Shown: positions 26,836 to 38,236 of the stretch, one piece after another
How positions within the stretch are numbered: the stretch's first letter is position 1
Layout of the letters: each line of letters opens with the position of its first letter
From: Sideroxydans sp.
GTDB lineage: Bacteria > Pseudomonadota > Gammaproteobacteria > Burkholderiales > Gallionellaceae
Assembly (NCBI GenBank): GCA_028707175.1
Contig: JAQTUV010000005.1
Coordinates: 207,618-271,617 of the forward strand
Reading direction: 5' to 3'
Length of the DNA stretch: 64,000 bases
Notes under the pieces: model-generated
The model's input: the letters and a program-made list of their open reading frames with translations, nothing else
The model's database searches: none
What the model was told of the DNA's origin: nothing
Made by a program: the position numbers and the translations under genes

Positions 26836-27740
26836 TGTCTGATGTCGTTGTTGCGCCCGCACCTCTCACACTGACGGGCTACCTCGCTTATCTGAACAAT
26901 GAGAAGCAGTACTCCCCACACACATCGGAGAATTACGCGCGTGACATCCGCCGCCTGTTCACACTAGCAGACGCGACGCCGCTACCTGACCTCAAGAGCC
27001 ACCACATCCGGCGCTACATCGCGCAGTTGCACGGTGGCGGACTGAGCGGCCGTTCGCTCGCACGCGTGTTGTCTTCATGGCGCGGCTTCTACAACTACCT
27101 GATGCGCGACCACGGTTGCGTAAGCAACCCCTGCGTCGGCTTGCGTCCACCCAAAGCGCCTAAGACATTGCCTCATGCGCTATCTCCCGACGAAGCATCG
27201 AAGCTGATGGATATGCCCGTTGAGACGTCCATTGATGCGCGTGACAAAGCAATGTTCGAATTGCTCTACTCTTCGGGATTGCGCCTAGCTGAACTGGTGG
27301 GGCTGGACCCAATCGATATGGATTTCGCCGATGCATCGGTACGTGTAACAGGTAAAGGCAACAAGACTCGCATCGTCCCGCTAGGTAGTCACGCCATCAC
27401 TGCGCTACAAGCGTGGCTCACCGTACGCGAGCAAGTGGCGAAGCCTGATGAAACCGCTTTGTTCGTAGGCAATAGAGGCGCGCGCATCTCTCCACGCACG
27501 GTAGAACTTCAGTTGCAAAAATGGGCGGCCAAGCAAGGACTCAACACTGGAGTGTACCCTCACATGTTGCGCCACTCGTTCGCCACACATGTGTTGCAAT
27601 CTTCGGGCGACCTGCGCGCCGTACAAGAGATGCTCGGTCATGCCAGCATCTCGACCACACAGGTCTATACCCATCTCGATTTCCAATATCTTGCCAAAAT
27701 CTATGACGGCGCACATCCTCGCGCCAAGAAAAAATCATGA
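26835..27740 (+). CDS. xerC: Tyrosine recombinase XerC
   Basis: It is 301 aa. The catalytic residues occur in the order RLAEL...HMLRHSFATH...LGHASISTTQVYTH. The dapF-DUF484-xerC synteny supports the call. Confidence 0.9.
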   Translation: MSDVVVAPAPLTLTGYLAYLNNEKQYSPHTSENYARDIRRLFTLADATPLPDLKSHHIRRYIAQLHGGGLSGRSLARVLSSWRGFYNYLMRDHGCVSNPCVGLRPPKAPKTLPHALSPDEASKLMDMPVETSIDARDKAMFELLYSSGLRLAELVGLDPIDMDFADASVRVTGKGNKTRIVPLGSHAITALQAWLTVREQVAKPDETALFVGNRGARISPRTVELQLQKWAAKQGLNTGVYPHMLRHSFATHVLQSSGDLRAVQEMLGHASISTTQVYTHLDFQYLAKIYDGAHPRAKKKS

Positions 27741-29074
27741 GCCAAACTAAACCTAAATCACACTCCACACCGCATCGCCAATCACAAGGCGGCAAAGATT
27801 TTCGCAGGCGCGTACAGCGCGATAAATCGGCGACTGCCACTCATACACCTCAGACCGCGAGCACACCTCGAGTCGGCGACACTACAGCCAAGCCCTGCAT
27901 CTTCCTCAAAGAGGGCAGAGAAAAATCTCTGCAACGCCGTCATCCGTGGATATTCTCTGGTGCTATCGACTCTATCGACGGCGCACCCAAGAGTGGCGAT
28001 ACCTTGCCTGTACGGGACGACGCAGGGAATTTCCTCGCCTGGGCGGCTTACAACGCCGACTCCCAGATCACTGCTCGCGTATGGTCATGGCAAGAGAAGG
28101 ACGTCATCGACGCCAACTTCTTCCGCGCAAAAATTGCCGGTGCGCTTGAGGCTCGCCGCACCTTGGGCATCAGCAAACAAGGCGATGGCATGCGCATCAT
28201 CCATGGCGAATCGGATGGATTGCCGGGACTCATCGTGGACAAATATGGTGACGTGCTGGTGATGCAGCTCGGTAGCGCTGGGCCGGAACACTGGCGCGAT
28301 ACGCTCGCCGATATCCTGCAAGAACTGCTTGCTCCTGTTTGCATCTACGAACGCTCCGATTCAGATGGTCGTGAGCTGGAAGGTTTGCCGAAACGTAACG
28401 GCATCGTACGCGGCACCTTGCCGCAAGACATCGAGGTCAGCGAGAACGGCTTACGTTTTGCTGTCGATGCGGCAGAAGGTCAGAAGACCGGCTACTACCT
28501 CGACCAACGTGACAACCGTGCCTTCACAGGAGAATTGGCGCAAGACAAGGATGTGCTTAACTGCTTCTGCTACACCGGCGGCTTCTCGCTGTACGCGCTG
28601 CGCGGCGGCGCAAAATCAGTGCTCTCCATCGACTCATCACAAGAGGCATTGGAGCTGGCACAACAGAACGTGACGTTGAATGCACTCGATAGTTCGAAAG
28701 CGGAATGGCAATGCGCCGACGTGTTCGAAGCATTGCGCAAACTGCGCGACCAGAACCGCAAGTTCGATCTCATCGTACTCGACCCACCCAAGTTCGCCCC
28801 CACTGCCGCCTTCGCCGAAAAGGCATCGCGTGCGTACAAAGACATCAACCTGCTGGGATTCAAACTGCTGCGTCCGGGTGGTTTGCTGTTCACCTACTCC
28901 TGCTCTGGCGGCATCAATGACGATCTGTTCCAAAAGATCATCGCCGGTGCGGCACTCGATGCGGGAGTAGATGCACAGATCGTGAAGAAACTTCACGCAG
29001 CACCGGATCATCCGGTGCTGCTGAGTTTTCCTGAGGGAGCGTATCTGAAGGGTTTGGTACTACGTATTGCTTAG
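27737..29074 (+). CDS. rlmI: 23S rRNA m5C methyltransferase RlmI-like (PUA + class I SAM MTase) with a basic N-terminal extension
   Basis: The core starts at ...FLKEGREKSLQRRHPWIFSGAI (compare the N-terminus of E. coli RlmI). The SAM motif is VLNCFCYTGGFS and the catalytic region is DPPKF. About 50 extra N-terminal residues are present with no internal ATG. Confidence 0.8.
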   Translation: MSQTKPKSHSTPHRQSQGGKDFRRRVQRDKSATATHTPQTASTPRVGDTTAKPCIFLKEGREKSLQRRHPWIFSGAIDSIDGAPKSGDTLPVRDDAGNFLAWAAYNADSQITARVWSWQEKDVIDANFFRAKIAGALEARRTLGISKQGDGMRIIHGESDGLPGLIVDKYGDVLVMQLGSAGPEHWRDTLADILQELLAPVCIYERSDSDGRELEGLPKRNGIVRGTLPQDIEVSENGLRFAVDAAEGQKTGYYLDQRDNRAFTGELAQDKDVLNCFCYTGGFSLYALRGGAKSVLSIDSSQEALELAQQNVTLNALDSSKAEWQCADVFEALRKLRDQNRKFDLIVLDPPKFAPTAAFAEKASRAYKDINLLGFKLLRPGGLLFTYSCSGGINDDLFQKIIAGAALDAGVDAQIVKKLHAAPDHPVLLSFPEGAYLKGLVLRIA

Positions 29075-29083
29075 TCTTTGCTT

Positions 29084-29123
29084 GGTTCTTTTTAATTTGT
29101 GCTTAGCCTAATTAAAAAGAACC
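29084..29123. terminator. Bidirectional hairpin terminator between convergent rlmI and the rhodanese gene
   Basis: A 14-bp stem, ggttctttttaatt (29084-29097) pairing with aattaaaaagaacc (29110-29123). Confidence 0.6.
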
Positions 29124-29128
29124 GTAGC

Positions 29129-29518
29129 TTACTGCTTGATAGTTTCTAGCCCAGCCTTCACCCACGCACTGGTTCCACCTTGCACGTTGACCACTTGGGT
29201 GAAGCCAGCATCCTTCAATATTCCAACTGCTTGTGCTGAACGTCTACCCGAACGGCAGATCACAGCAACAGGTTTGTCTTTGTAAGCTTCGACCTCTTTC
29301 AGTCGCGCCCCCACCTCACCGAGCGGAATAAGTTTGGCATTCACAGCATGGACAGCGGCATACTCATCGGGCTCACGCACATCCAGCAGTAAAGCGCCTT
29401 GTTGACTCATCAGTTGCGCTTGTTTGACGTCTACACCTTCAGCGCCTTGAGATTTCAGAAAGAAGAAAGCTAGCGCAACCGCTGCGATCAATACGCCAAT
29501 AACTATTTTTGAGTTCAT
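29129..29518 (-). CDS. Rhodanese-domain sulfurtransferase with an N-terminal membrane anchor/signal
   Basis: It is 129 aa, with an N-terminal hydrophobic helix and the active-site loop CRSGRRS. Confidence 0.8.
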   Translation of the reverse strand: MNSKIVIGVLIAAVALAFFFLKSQGAEGVDVKQAQLMSQQGALLLDVREPDEYAAVHAVNAKLIPLGEVGARLKEVEAYKDKPVAVICRSGRRSAQAVGILKDAGFTQVVNVQGGTSAWVKAGLETIKQ

Positions 29519-29530
29519 CGGTCGCCCCTC

Positions 29531-29866
29531 TTATGCCAAGGGATGTGCAGGAAAGCCACTTTGCACCCACCCCATCATGCCGCCGCGCAAGTTATGTACA
29601 TTGGTGAAACCTTGCTGTTGCAGGAACATACATGCTTGAGAAGAACGCGCACCACTGCGACAGACAATGACATATTTCTCATGCCGAGACAGGTCTTGCA
29701 CACGCGCAGGCAGCGTGGCGAGTGGCAATGCTTCAGCTTTGGGAACGGTGCCTCCTGCGATCTCTTCCATCTGTCGCACATCAATGACGCGGAATACATG
29801 CGCTTCATCGGCTAACCATTGTGCGAATTCGGGGGCGTTAATTTCTTTGATGATGTGGGCGGACAT
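29531..29866 (-). CDS. Rhodanese-domain protein (GlpE-like)
   Basis: It is 111 aa with the active-site loop CRSGARS. Confidence 0.8.
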   Translation of the reverse strand: MSAHIIKEINAPEFAQWLADEAHVFRVIDVRQMEEIAGGTVPKAEALPLATLPARVQDLSRHEKYVIVCRSGARSSQACMFLQQQGFTNVHNLRGGMMGWVQSGFPAHPLA

Positions 29867-29884
29867 GCTGCAACTCCTGAAATA

Positions 29885-29932
29885 AATGAGGCAGCTATAT
29901 TAGCATAAGCTAATTTAGCTGCCTCATTTTTT
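29885..29932 (-). terminator. Rho-independent terminator downstream of rlpA
   Basis: A 12-bp stem, aatgaggcagct (29885-29896) pairing with agctgcctcatt (29917-29928). T-rich tracts are present on both strands. Confidence 0.65.
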
Positions 29933-29942
29933 ACATTTGGAG

Positions 29943-30899
29943 TTAACGTGTGCTTACAAAAGGTTTAAATCCGAGAGCAGTTTGCAATTTGACGGCAGCG
30001 CTCCTTGCTTCCACGGCACTCACGTAAGGCCCCAGATGGACGCGCGTAAGCCCTGCTTTTTGATGAAGGGAGAGTTGCTTACCGCTTTCACTAGTTACGT
30101 CACTCATCTTGGCTAAAAAACTCTCGGCACCTTCTTGAGACTTGAATGCCCCTAGTTGCAAAAAGATCTTGCCCGCGACTGCCGGTGCAGTAACAACTGC
30201 AGCTGAAATTGGGGGAGTGACCACTTGCACGACAGGAGACGGTTCGACTGCGGCAACGGTAACCGGTGCGATGGCATTTGCATCTACCGCGATACTTTCA
30301 ACTTCTACCTCGGCACTCCCTTGATTGATGTAACCCAATTTATAGGCAGCAACGTAGGACAAATCCATGATGCGACTATGCAAGAAGGGGCCGCGATCAT
30401 TCACTCGGACGACCACAGATTTTCCATTCGCTGGGTTCGTGATGCGCGCATAGCTAGGTATGGGGAGCGTTGGGTGAGCCGCTGTCATGGCGAACATGTC
30501 GTACACCTCACCAATCGAGGTCTTTTGTCCGTGGAATTTTTTCCCATACCAAGAGGCAACGCCGCGCTCTTTATATTCGCCGGCGACTTGAAGCGGAGTG
30601 TAATTCTTACCCAATGCGGAATAAGGACGATTAGCATAACGATGCAAAGGTTCAGCCTTAGGCACCGCATCAGGAATCGCATCTAAGTTGGCAGGTGTAT
30701 CAGCACTTGGGCCGTCCCCAGCAAGGTATCCGCCTCCAACCGCAGGCTGCTTCGCACTCGTCACATTTCCACCCGCACGCAGATCCACAATAGGAGCGGC
30801 TTCACCCGAACGCGTTACCACTTTTTGTGGTGCGCTAGTGCAAGCACTTAGCAACACGACACTACCCATCATCCAAATGATGCGTTTGCTCATGCTCAC
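29943..30899 (-). CDS. rlpA: Septal ring lytic transglycosylase RlpA (DPBB + SPOR domains), lipoprotein
   Basis: The lipobox is VLLSAC. The DPBB region is ASWYGKKFHGQKTSIGEVYDMFAMTAAHPTLPIPSYARITN..NGKSVVVRVNDRGPF. A C-terminal SPOR-like domain is present, and it lies downstream of rodA. Confidence 0.88.
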   Translation of the reverse strand: MSMSKRIIWMMGSVVLLSACTSAPQKVVTRSGEAAPIVDLRAGGNVTSAKQPAVGGGYLAGDGPSADTPANLDAIPDAVPKAEPLHRYANRPYSALGKNYTPLQVAGEYKERGVASWYGKKFHGQKTSIGEVYDMFAMTAAHPTLPIPSYARITNPANGKSVVVRVNDRGPFLHSRIMDLSYVAAYKLGYINQGSAEVEVESIAVDANAIAPVTVAAVEPSPVVQVVTPPISAAVVTAPAVAGKIFLQLGAFKSQEGAESFLAKMSDVTSESGKQLSLHQKAGLTRVHLGPYVSAVEARSAAVKLQTALGFKPFVSTR

Positions 30900-30903
30900 T
30901 CCC

Positions 30904-32016
30904 TTAGGTTTTAACCAATCGCTTATGCGTATGGATACTCATTAGCACACCAAAACCGAACATCAGTGTGACCATTGCGGTACCGCCGTAGCTCAATAAA
31001 GGCAAAGGCACGCCGACCACGGGCAAGATGCCACTCACCATCCCCATGTTGACGAAAGTATAGGTAAAGAACGTGAGGGTGATACTGCCTGCCATCAAAC
31101 GGGTAAAGTAAGTTGAAGCATTCGCAGTGATAATAAAACCGCGCCCAATGATAAAAATGTAAATTCCCAACAGAATCAGATTCCCCAAGAATCCGAACTC
31201 TTCTGAGTACACCGCAAAAATAAAGTCGGTACTGCGCTCAGGCAGAAAGTCCAGATGGGTCTGCGTACCTTCCATATATCCCTTGCCCAAGAAGCCACCC
31301 GATCCGACCGCGATCATGCCTTGGATAGTGTGATACCCCTTGCCGAGTGCGTCTTGCGATGGATCCAACAACATCATTACGCGGTGCCGTTGGTAGTCGT
31401 GCAACATGCCCCATGCAAAAGGTGCGCTGGCTAATGCCGCAACAAACAACCCGCCCATCACACGCCAACTCAGCCCGGCCAAGAACAATACATAAAAACC
31501 ACTCGCCGCAATTAGGATCGAGGTGCCTAGGTCAGGCTGTCGCACGATTAACCCAACAGGCATTGCCAACAAGATGGCTGCAAAAAAATGGTTGCGCCAA
31601 GTCAACGTTGCTTCGTTTTTCTCGAAGTACCACGCCATCATCAAAGGCACAGCAATCTTCATCATTTCAGACGGCTGGATGGTGGCCACACCGATATTGA
31701 GCCAACGCCGTGCACCGTGACTGATATCACCGAATAACGCCACACCAATAAGCAAAGCCATACCCAATAGATACATGGGAACCGCGATGCGCATCAACCA
31801 ATGCAGCGGCATATTGGCCACGATCCACATCACGGTAAATGCCACTAAAATATTGATCAGCTGACCACCGATACGCGCCCAACTTGCGTCGGTTGCACTG
31901 AACAACGTAATGAGACTGACCAGCAACAATGCCCCGAGTCCATATAAAAGCACAGGGTCAAGATGCAACATAAAACGTTGCTTGAGTTTCTGAATCGGGA
32001 TCGGTTCCAACATCAT
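30904..32016 (-). CDS. rodA: Rod shape-determining protein RodA (SEDS family)
   Basis: It is 370 aa and polytopic, of the FtsW/RodA/SpoVE family (QPSEMMKIAVPL, LPLLSYGGTAM). It follows mrdA. Confidence 0.92.
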   Translation of the reverse strand: MMLEPIPIQKLKQRFMLHLDPVLLYGLGALLLVSLITLFSATDASWARIGGQLINILVAFTVMWIVANMPLHWLMRIAVPMYLLGMALLIGVALFGDISHGARRWLNIGVATIQPSEMMKIAVPLMMAWYFEKNEATLTWRNHFFAAILLAMPVGLIVRQPDLGTSILIAASGFYVLFLAGLSWRVMGGLFVAALASAPFAWGMLHDYQRHRVMMLLDPSQDALGKGYHTIQGMIAVGSGGFLGKGYMEGTQTHLDFLPERSTDFIFAVYSEEFGFLGNLILLGIYIFIIGRGFIITANASTYFTRLMAGSITLTFFTYTFVNMGMVSGILPVVGVPLPLLSYGGTAMVTLMFGFGVLMSIHTHKRLVKT

Positions 32017-33911
32017 CAGTCGTGCTCCGCACTTACTTTTGCATCGGGAGTCTTGGTTGGTGTGGGCACCTTACCAAGCAGGTAATAGTCCATCACTTTG
32101 CGCGCGATGGGAGCCGCAGTCGATCCACCATGACCACCATTTTCGGCCAGCACAGCCAGTGCAATGCGCGGCTTATCCGCAGGCGCAAAAGCGATGAACC
32201 AAGCATGGTCACGGTTATATTCTGACAACTTGCTGGCGTCATATTTCTCACCCTGCTTCATTCCCACCACCTGCGCAGTACCTGTCTTTGCCCCAATAGA
32301 ATACGGAGCACCCAGACTCGCACCGACAGCTGTACCACCCGGTTGCGTAACTGCCACCATCGCACGTTTCACCAGATCCAAATGTTCCGCAGGAATCTTC
32401 ACGTCATACAAAGGTTGAGGAACCGCTTGCGGCTCATTCGCCGCATGCTGAATATCTTTCACTAGATGCGGCTTATATGCCACTCCATTATTCGCCAACG
32501 TCGCGGTCGCGAAGGCTAACTGCATAGGCGTCACAAGATGGTAGCCCTGCCCAATGCCTGCCGACACGGTATCGCCGGCATACCACTGCTGCTTATGACG
32601 TTTCATTTTCCATGCAGTAGAAGGCAGCAAACCAGACACCTCACCCTCAAGGTCGATCCCTGTCTTTTTGCCAAAACCAAATTTCTCTAGATAGTCGTGC
32701 ATGCGGTCGATGCCCAACTCCGTCGCCAATCCATAGTAGTAAGTGTCGCAAGACACCACGATGGATTTGAAAAGATCGACGCGACCATGACCATCGGCTT
32801 TCCAATCGCGGTAACGGTGACTACTTCCTTGCAAAGTGTAATAGCCCGGATCACTGATCTCACGAGTTGCAGGACGCGCGTTGTAATACTGCCCTGCCAA
32901 TGCCATAAATGGCTTGATGGTGGAACCCATCGGATATTGCCCACGCAATGCTCGATTATTCAGCGGGACATCCAGTGAGTTATTCAAGGCATCCCAATTT
33001 TCCGTATCGATACCATCGATGAACAGGTTAGGGTCATAGCCGGGCTGACTGACAAAGGCCAGCACCTCACCGTTATTCGGATCAATCGCGATCAACGCAC
33101 CACGATGATCACCAAACGCTTGCACCGCGATCTCTTGAAGTTTGGCATCAATGGTCAGCGTGAGATTCTTGCCTGACTGCGGTGAACTGCGCGCCAACAT
33201 ACGAACCGCACGCCCTCCCGCATCCACCTCGACCTGCTCAAAACCAGTCACACCATGCATCTCAGCTTCATAACGCTGTTCGATACCCGTCTTGCCAATG
33301 TAATCGGAGCCTAGATAGTTGGTCGCCAATTCTTCTTCTTCAAGCTTATCGATCTCTTGCTGATTGATACGACCGATATAACCCAACAAATGCGCCGTTG
33401 TTTCGACATAGGGATACTCACGGAACAAACGCGCTTTGATCTCAACGCCCGGAAAACGATAGAGCTGCGCAGAAAAACGGGCAACCTCATCATCCGTCAG
33501 CCGTGTGCGGATAGGTAAAGTTTGCAGCGAGCGTCTTTCCGACATCAGCTTCTTAAAGCGTCGCAAATCCTTGGGCTTGATCTCGACTAACTGACCGATC
33601 TGCGCGATGGTCGCATCGATATCAGCGATCTTGTCAGGCGTAATCTCAAGCGTGTAACCAGAATAATTACGTGCCAACACGACACCGTTGCGATCCGTGA
33701 TGACGCCTCGATTGGGCACGATGGGCACGACATAGATACGATTGCTCTCTGCCATCGTCTCAAAATAATCATGTCGAATGATCTGTAGATAGAAGAAACG
33801 CAACAGCAAGATGATGAACATCACCGTCACGAATCCCAGACTAAGGAAGAGGCGTAATCGGAAAAAGTAGATTTCGCGCTGATGATTCTTCAGCTCGATC
33901 TTATGCATCAT
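32016..33911 (-). CDS. mrdA: Penicillin-binding protein 2
   Basis: It is 631 aa with the transpeptidase motifs STIKP, SCD(T) and KTGTAQ. It lies in an mreBCD-mrdA-rodA cluster. Confidence 0.92.
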   Translation of the reverse strand: MMHKIELKNHQREIYFFRLRLFLSLGFVTVMFIILLLRFFYLQIIRHDYFETMAESNRIYVVPIVPNRGVITDRNGVVLARNYSGYTLEITPDKIADIDATIAQIGQLVEIKPKDLRRFKKLMSERRSLQTLPIRTRLTDDEVARFSAQLYRFPGVEIKARLFREYPYVETTAHLLGYIGRINQQEIDKLEEEELATNYLGSDYIGKTGIEQRYEAEMHGVTGFEQVEVDAGGRAVRMLARSSPQSGKNLTLTIDAKLQEIAVQAFGDHRGALIAIDPNNGEVLAFVSQPGYDPNLFIDGIDTENWDALNNSLDVPLNNRALRGQYPMGSTIKPFMALAGQYYNARPATREISDPGYYTLQGSSHRYRDWKADGHGRVDLFKSIVVSCDTYYYGLATELGIDRMHDYLEKFGFGKKTGIDLEGEVSGLLPSTAWKMKRHKQQWYAGDTVSAGIGQGYHLVTPMQLAFATATLANNGVAYKPHLVKDIQHAANEPQAVPQPLYDVKIPAEHLDLVKRAMVAVTQPGGTAVGASLGAPYSIGAKTGTAQVVGMKQGEKYDASKLSEYNRDHAWFIAFAPADKPRIALAVLAENGGHGGSTAAPIARKVMDYYLLGKVPTPTKTPDAKVSAEHD

Positions 33912-34426
33912 AGTTCGTTCGGATCACGACGCGGACGACGCAGCGCCTGCAATAAGAAAGTGAGTGGTATCCACAACAATGCGGAAGTCAGCGCACCAAA
34001 GAAAAATTCCCATGCGATATAGCCGCGCACTTGCCAATGCACGACTGCATACACAACATAACTTGCGAGCAACAAACCGAACACGTGAATCGCCTGTTCA
34101 CGCAGACTGAACATCTGCACCCGACGATGCAAAACGATACCGCCAAAAGCCAGCACGGTATAAGCCAACGCATGCTGCCCAAACAAGCTTGCATCCGCCA
34201 CGTCAACGAAGATACCCAACATCCAAGCGATGCCGATACCAACACGATGCGGCTTATGCGTACACCAATACAACAGCACGAGCGCAACGAAGTCTGGACG
34301 TAAAGCCAGCAACCAGCCATGCCATGGCAACCATTCAAGTAGCACCGCCACACATAAAGAGAGTGCAATGAACACACCACTCGCCGGCAACATAAACTCG
34401 CGATCACGCGCTAATTCGTAACTCAT
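33908..34426 (-). CDS. mreD: Rod shape-determining protein MreD
   Basis: It is a 172-aa polytopic protein between mreC and mrdA, with 4-nt overlaps on both sides. Confidence 0.85.
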   Translation of the reverse strand: MSYELARDREFMLPASGVFIALSLCVAVLLEWLPWHGWLLALRPDFVALVLLYWCTHKPHRVGIGIAWMLGIFVDVADASLFGQHALAYTVLAFGGIVLHRRVQMFSLREQAIHVFGLLLASYVVYAVVHWQVRGYIAWEFFFGALTSALLWIPLTFLLQALRRPRRDPNEL

Positions 34427-35340
34427 GGCTTACTCCGCTTCATATTTTTATTGAAACGAGCCATCTCTCCCGATTCCTCTTTGACAACGGGCCGTTCTGG
34501 TAGCGGAATGACGCTAGATACAATCAACAAGGTACGGTGCCTATCCACACCCGCGAGCGGTTCACACACCACGTGCGCGAAAGGATAAGCTGGGTCGCGC
34601 TCAACCTTCACCACCTTAGCAACTGGCAAAGCATTAGGATATGTACCATCCATGCCCGACGTCACCAATTCATCGCCTACTTCAATATCTGTGTTAACTG
34701 GCTGATAACGCAATTCCAATTCGCTCGTATTTCCCGAACCAAAAACAACTGCACGCAAACCGGTTCGCAACACTTGGACTGGCACTGCATTATTCTTATC
34801 TGTCACCAACGTGACTTCGGACAGCAAAGGATAGACACGCGTCACTTGCCCAACCACACCCGTGTTATCAATTACCGCTTGGCCTGACTGGATGTTGTTC
34901 TGCGCGCCCTTATCAAGGATCAATTTACGTTTGAAGATGTCGCGCTCGACATAAATGATCTGCGCCATCTGCACGGTGTACTCAGCGCGTTGTTTAACAT
35001 CCAGCAATGCACGCAACTGCGCATTCTCCACCTGCATCACTTGCAACTGCTGCAACTGCGATGCATCCACATCGTGCTGCGTATGTAGCGCCGCGTTATC
35101 GGCAATCAAATGTCGCTGCAAAGTGAAATAAGAGCCCAAGCCTGACAGCGCCTCTCCGGGCAATGCAGTCAAACGCTGGAATGGATAGATGATGACCGCC
35201 ACGACCTGACGGGCTGATTCAAGATAATTGAAGCGCGAATCAACGAACAGGAGGATCAGCGATAAAAGGCTGAAGAAGACCAACCGCGCGACCGAGCTCG
35301 GTCCGCGATTGAAGAAGCGTAGCGTTCTAGTGTCTTCCAA
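34423..35340 (-). CDS. mreC: Rod shape-determining protein MreC
   Basis: It is 305 aa, with an N-terminal TM helix, a coiled coil (ENAQLRALL) and a beta-rich C-terminal domain. It lies downstream of mreB. Confidence 0.9.
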   Translation of the reverse strand: MEDTRTLRFFNRGPSSVARLVFFSLLSLILLFVDSRFNYLESARQVVAVIIYPFQRLTALPGEALSGLGSYFTLQRHLIADNAALHTQHDVDASQLQQLQVMQVENAQLRALLDVKQRAEYTVQMAQIIYVERDIFKRKLILDKGAQNNIQSGQAVIDNTGVVGQVTRVYPLLSEVTLVTDKNNAVPVQVLRTGLRAVVFGSGNTSELELRYQPVNTDIEVGDELVTSGMDGTYPNALPVAKVVKVERDPAYPFAHVVCEPLAGVDRHRTLLIVSSVIPLPERPVVKEESGEMARFNKNMKRSKP

Positions 35341-35351
35341 GGTAAAACGGA

Positions 35352-36767
<1,416 letters not shown>

Positions 36768-36772
36768 TTGAA

Positions 36773-38227
36773 ATGATCGAATCCAGCCTCTCACAGATGG
36801 GCGCGGCATTACGCGCCAAAAAGATATCCAGCGTCGAACTGACCCAGCTCTACCTCGACCGCATCGCCCAGCTCAACCCTGAGCTGAACGCCTACATCAC
36901 GACTCGGCCTGAAGCCTCGCTGGCACAAGCCCGTGCCGCCGATGCGCGCATCGCAGCAGGTACCGCCGAAGCGCTGACCGGCATCCCCTTCGGACAGAAA
37001 GACATCTTCTGCGCCAAGGACTGGCTCACCACCTGCGGCTCCAAGATGTTGCATAACTTCGTGTCGCCTTACGATGCACACGTCATCTCGCAATTCAACA
37101 ACGCGGGCGCGGTGAATCTGGGCAAGACCAACATGGATGAGTTCGCCATGGGTTCAAGCAACGAGACCTCGCACTACGGCATCGTGAAGAACCCGTGGGA
37201 CAAAGCGCGCGTACCCGGTGGCTCTTCCGGCGGCACGGCTTCTGCCATCGCGGCGCGCCTGTGTGCGGCAGCAACTGGAACCGACACCGGCGGCTCTATT
37301 CGCCAACCCGCCGCGCTGTGTGGCATCTCTGGCCTGAAGCCGACCTATGGCGTGGTGTCACGTTACGGCATGATCGCCTTCGCTTCCAGCCTCGACCAAG
37401 CAGGCCCGATGGGACGTAACGCGGAAGATCTTGCGTTGATGCTGAACACCATGGCCGGTTTCGATGAGCGCGATTCCACTTCGCTACAACGCGAAAAAGA
37501 AGACTACGCACGCGATTTGAACAAGCCGCTGAACGGCCTGCGCATCGGCATCCCCAAAGAGTTCTTCGCCGAAGGCTTGGGCAGCGATGTGGCGAAAGCA
37601 GTAGAAGCCGCCATCGCGGAATACAAGAAACTGGGCGCAGTCATCGTCGATATCAGCCTGCCCAATACGCGACTCTCCATCCCCGTCTATTACGTGCTGG
37701 CACCGGCTGAAGCGTCAAGCAACCTGTCGCGCTTCGACGGCGTGCGCTACGGATATCGTGCGCCCGCATACACCGACCTTGCCGACATGTACGAGAAGAG
37801 CCGCGCGCAAGGTTTCGGTGCGGAAGTACAACGCCGCATCATGATCGGCACTTACGTGCTGAGCCACGGTTACTACGACGCGTATTACCTGCAAGCGCAA
37901 AAGATACGCCGCCTCATCGCGCAAGATTTCGTGGAAGCCTACAAACACTGCGACGTCATCATGGGGCCGACCTCGCCATCCACCGCTTTCAAGCTAGGTG
38001 AAAAAGGCGACGATCCCGTGCAGATGTATCTATCCGACATCTACACCATCGCGGTGAACTTGGCGGGCTTGCCCGGCATGTCTATCCCCTGCGGATTCGG
38101 TGACAACAATATGCCCGTGGGCTTGCAGATCATCGGCAACTATTTCGACGAAGCGCGCATGCTGAACGTGGCGCACCAATATCAACTGGCGACCGACTGG
38201 CACAGTCGCGCGCCTCAAGGGCTGTAA
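36773..38227 (+). CDS. gatA: Asp/Glu-tRNA amidotransferase subunit A
   Basis: It is 484 aa with the amidase signature [15 protein letters not shown]...[13 protein letters not shown]. Confidence 0.95.
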   Translation: MIESSLSQMGAALRAKKISSVELTQLYLDRIAQLNPELNAYITTRPEASLAQARAADARIAAGTAEALTGIPFGQKDIFCAKDWLTTCGSKMLHNFVSPYDAHVISQFNNAGAVNLGKTNMDEFAMGSSNETSHYGIVKNPWDKARVPGGSSGGTASAIAARLCAAATGTDTGGSIRQPAALCGISGLKPTYGVVSRYGMIAFASSLDQAGPMGRNAEDLALMLNTMAGFDERDSTSLQREKEDYARDLNKPLNGLRIGIPKEFFAEGLGSDVAKAVEAAIAEYKKLGAVIVDISLPNTRLSIPVYYVLAPAEASSNLSRFDGVRYGYRAPAYTDLADMYEKSRAQGFGAEVQRRIMIGTYVLSHGYYDAYYLQAQKIRRLIAQDFVEAYKHCDVIMGPTSPSTAFKLGEKGDDPVQMYLSDIYTIAVNLAGLPGMSIPCGFGDNNMPVGLQIIGNYFDEARMLNVAHQYQLATDWHSRAPQGL

Positions 38228-38236
38228 GGAAATCAC

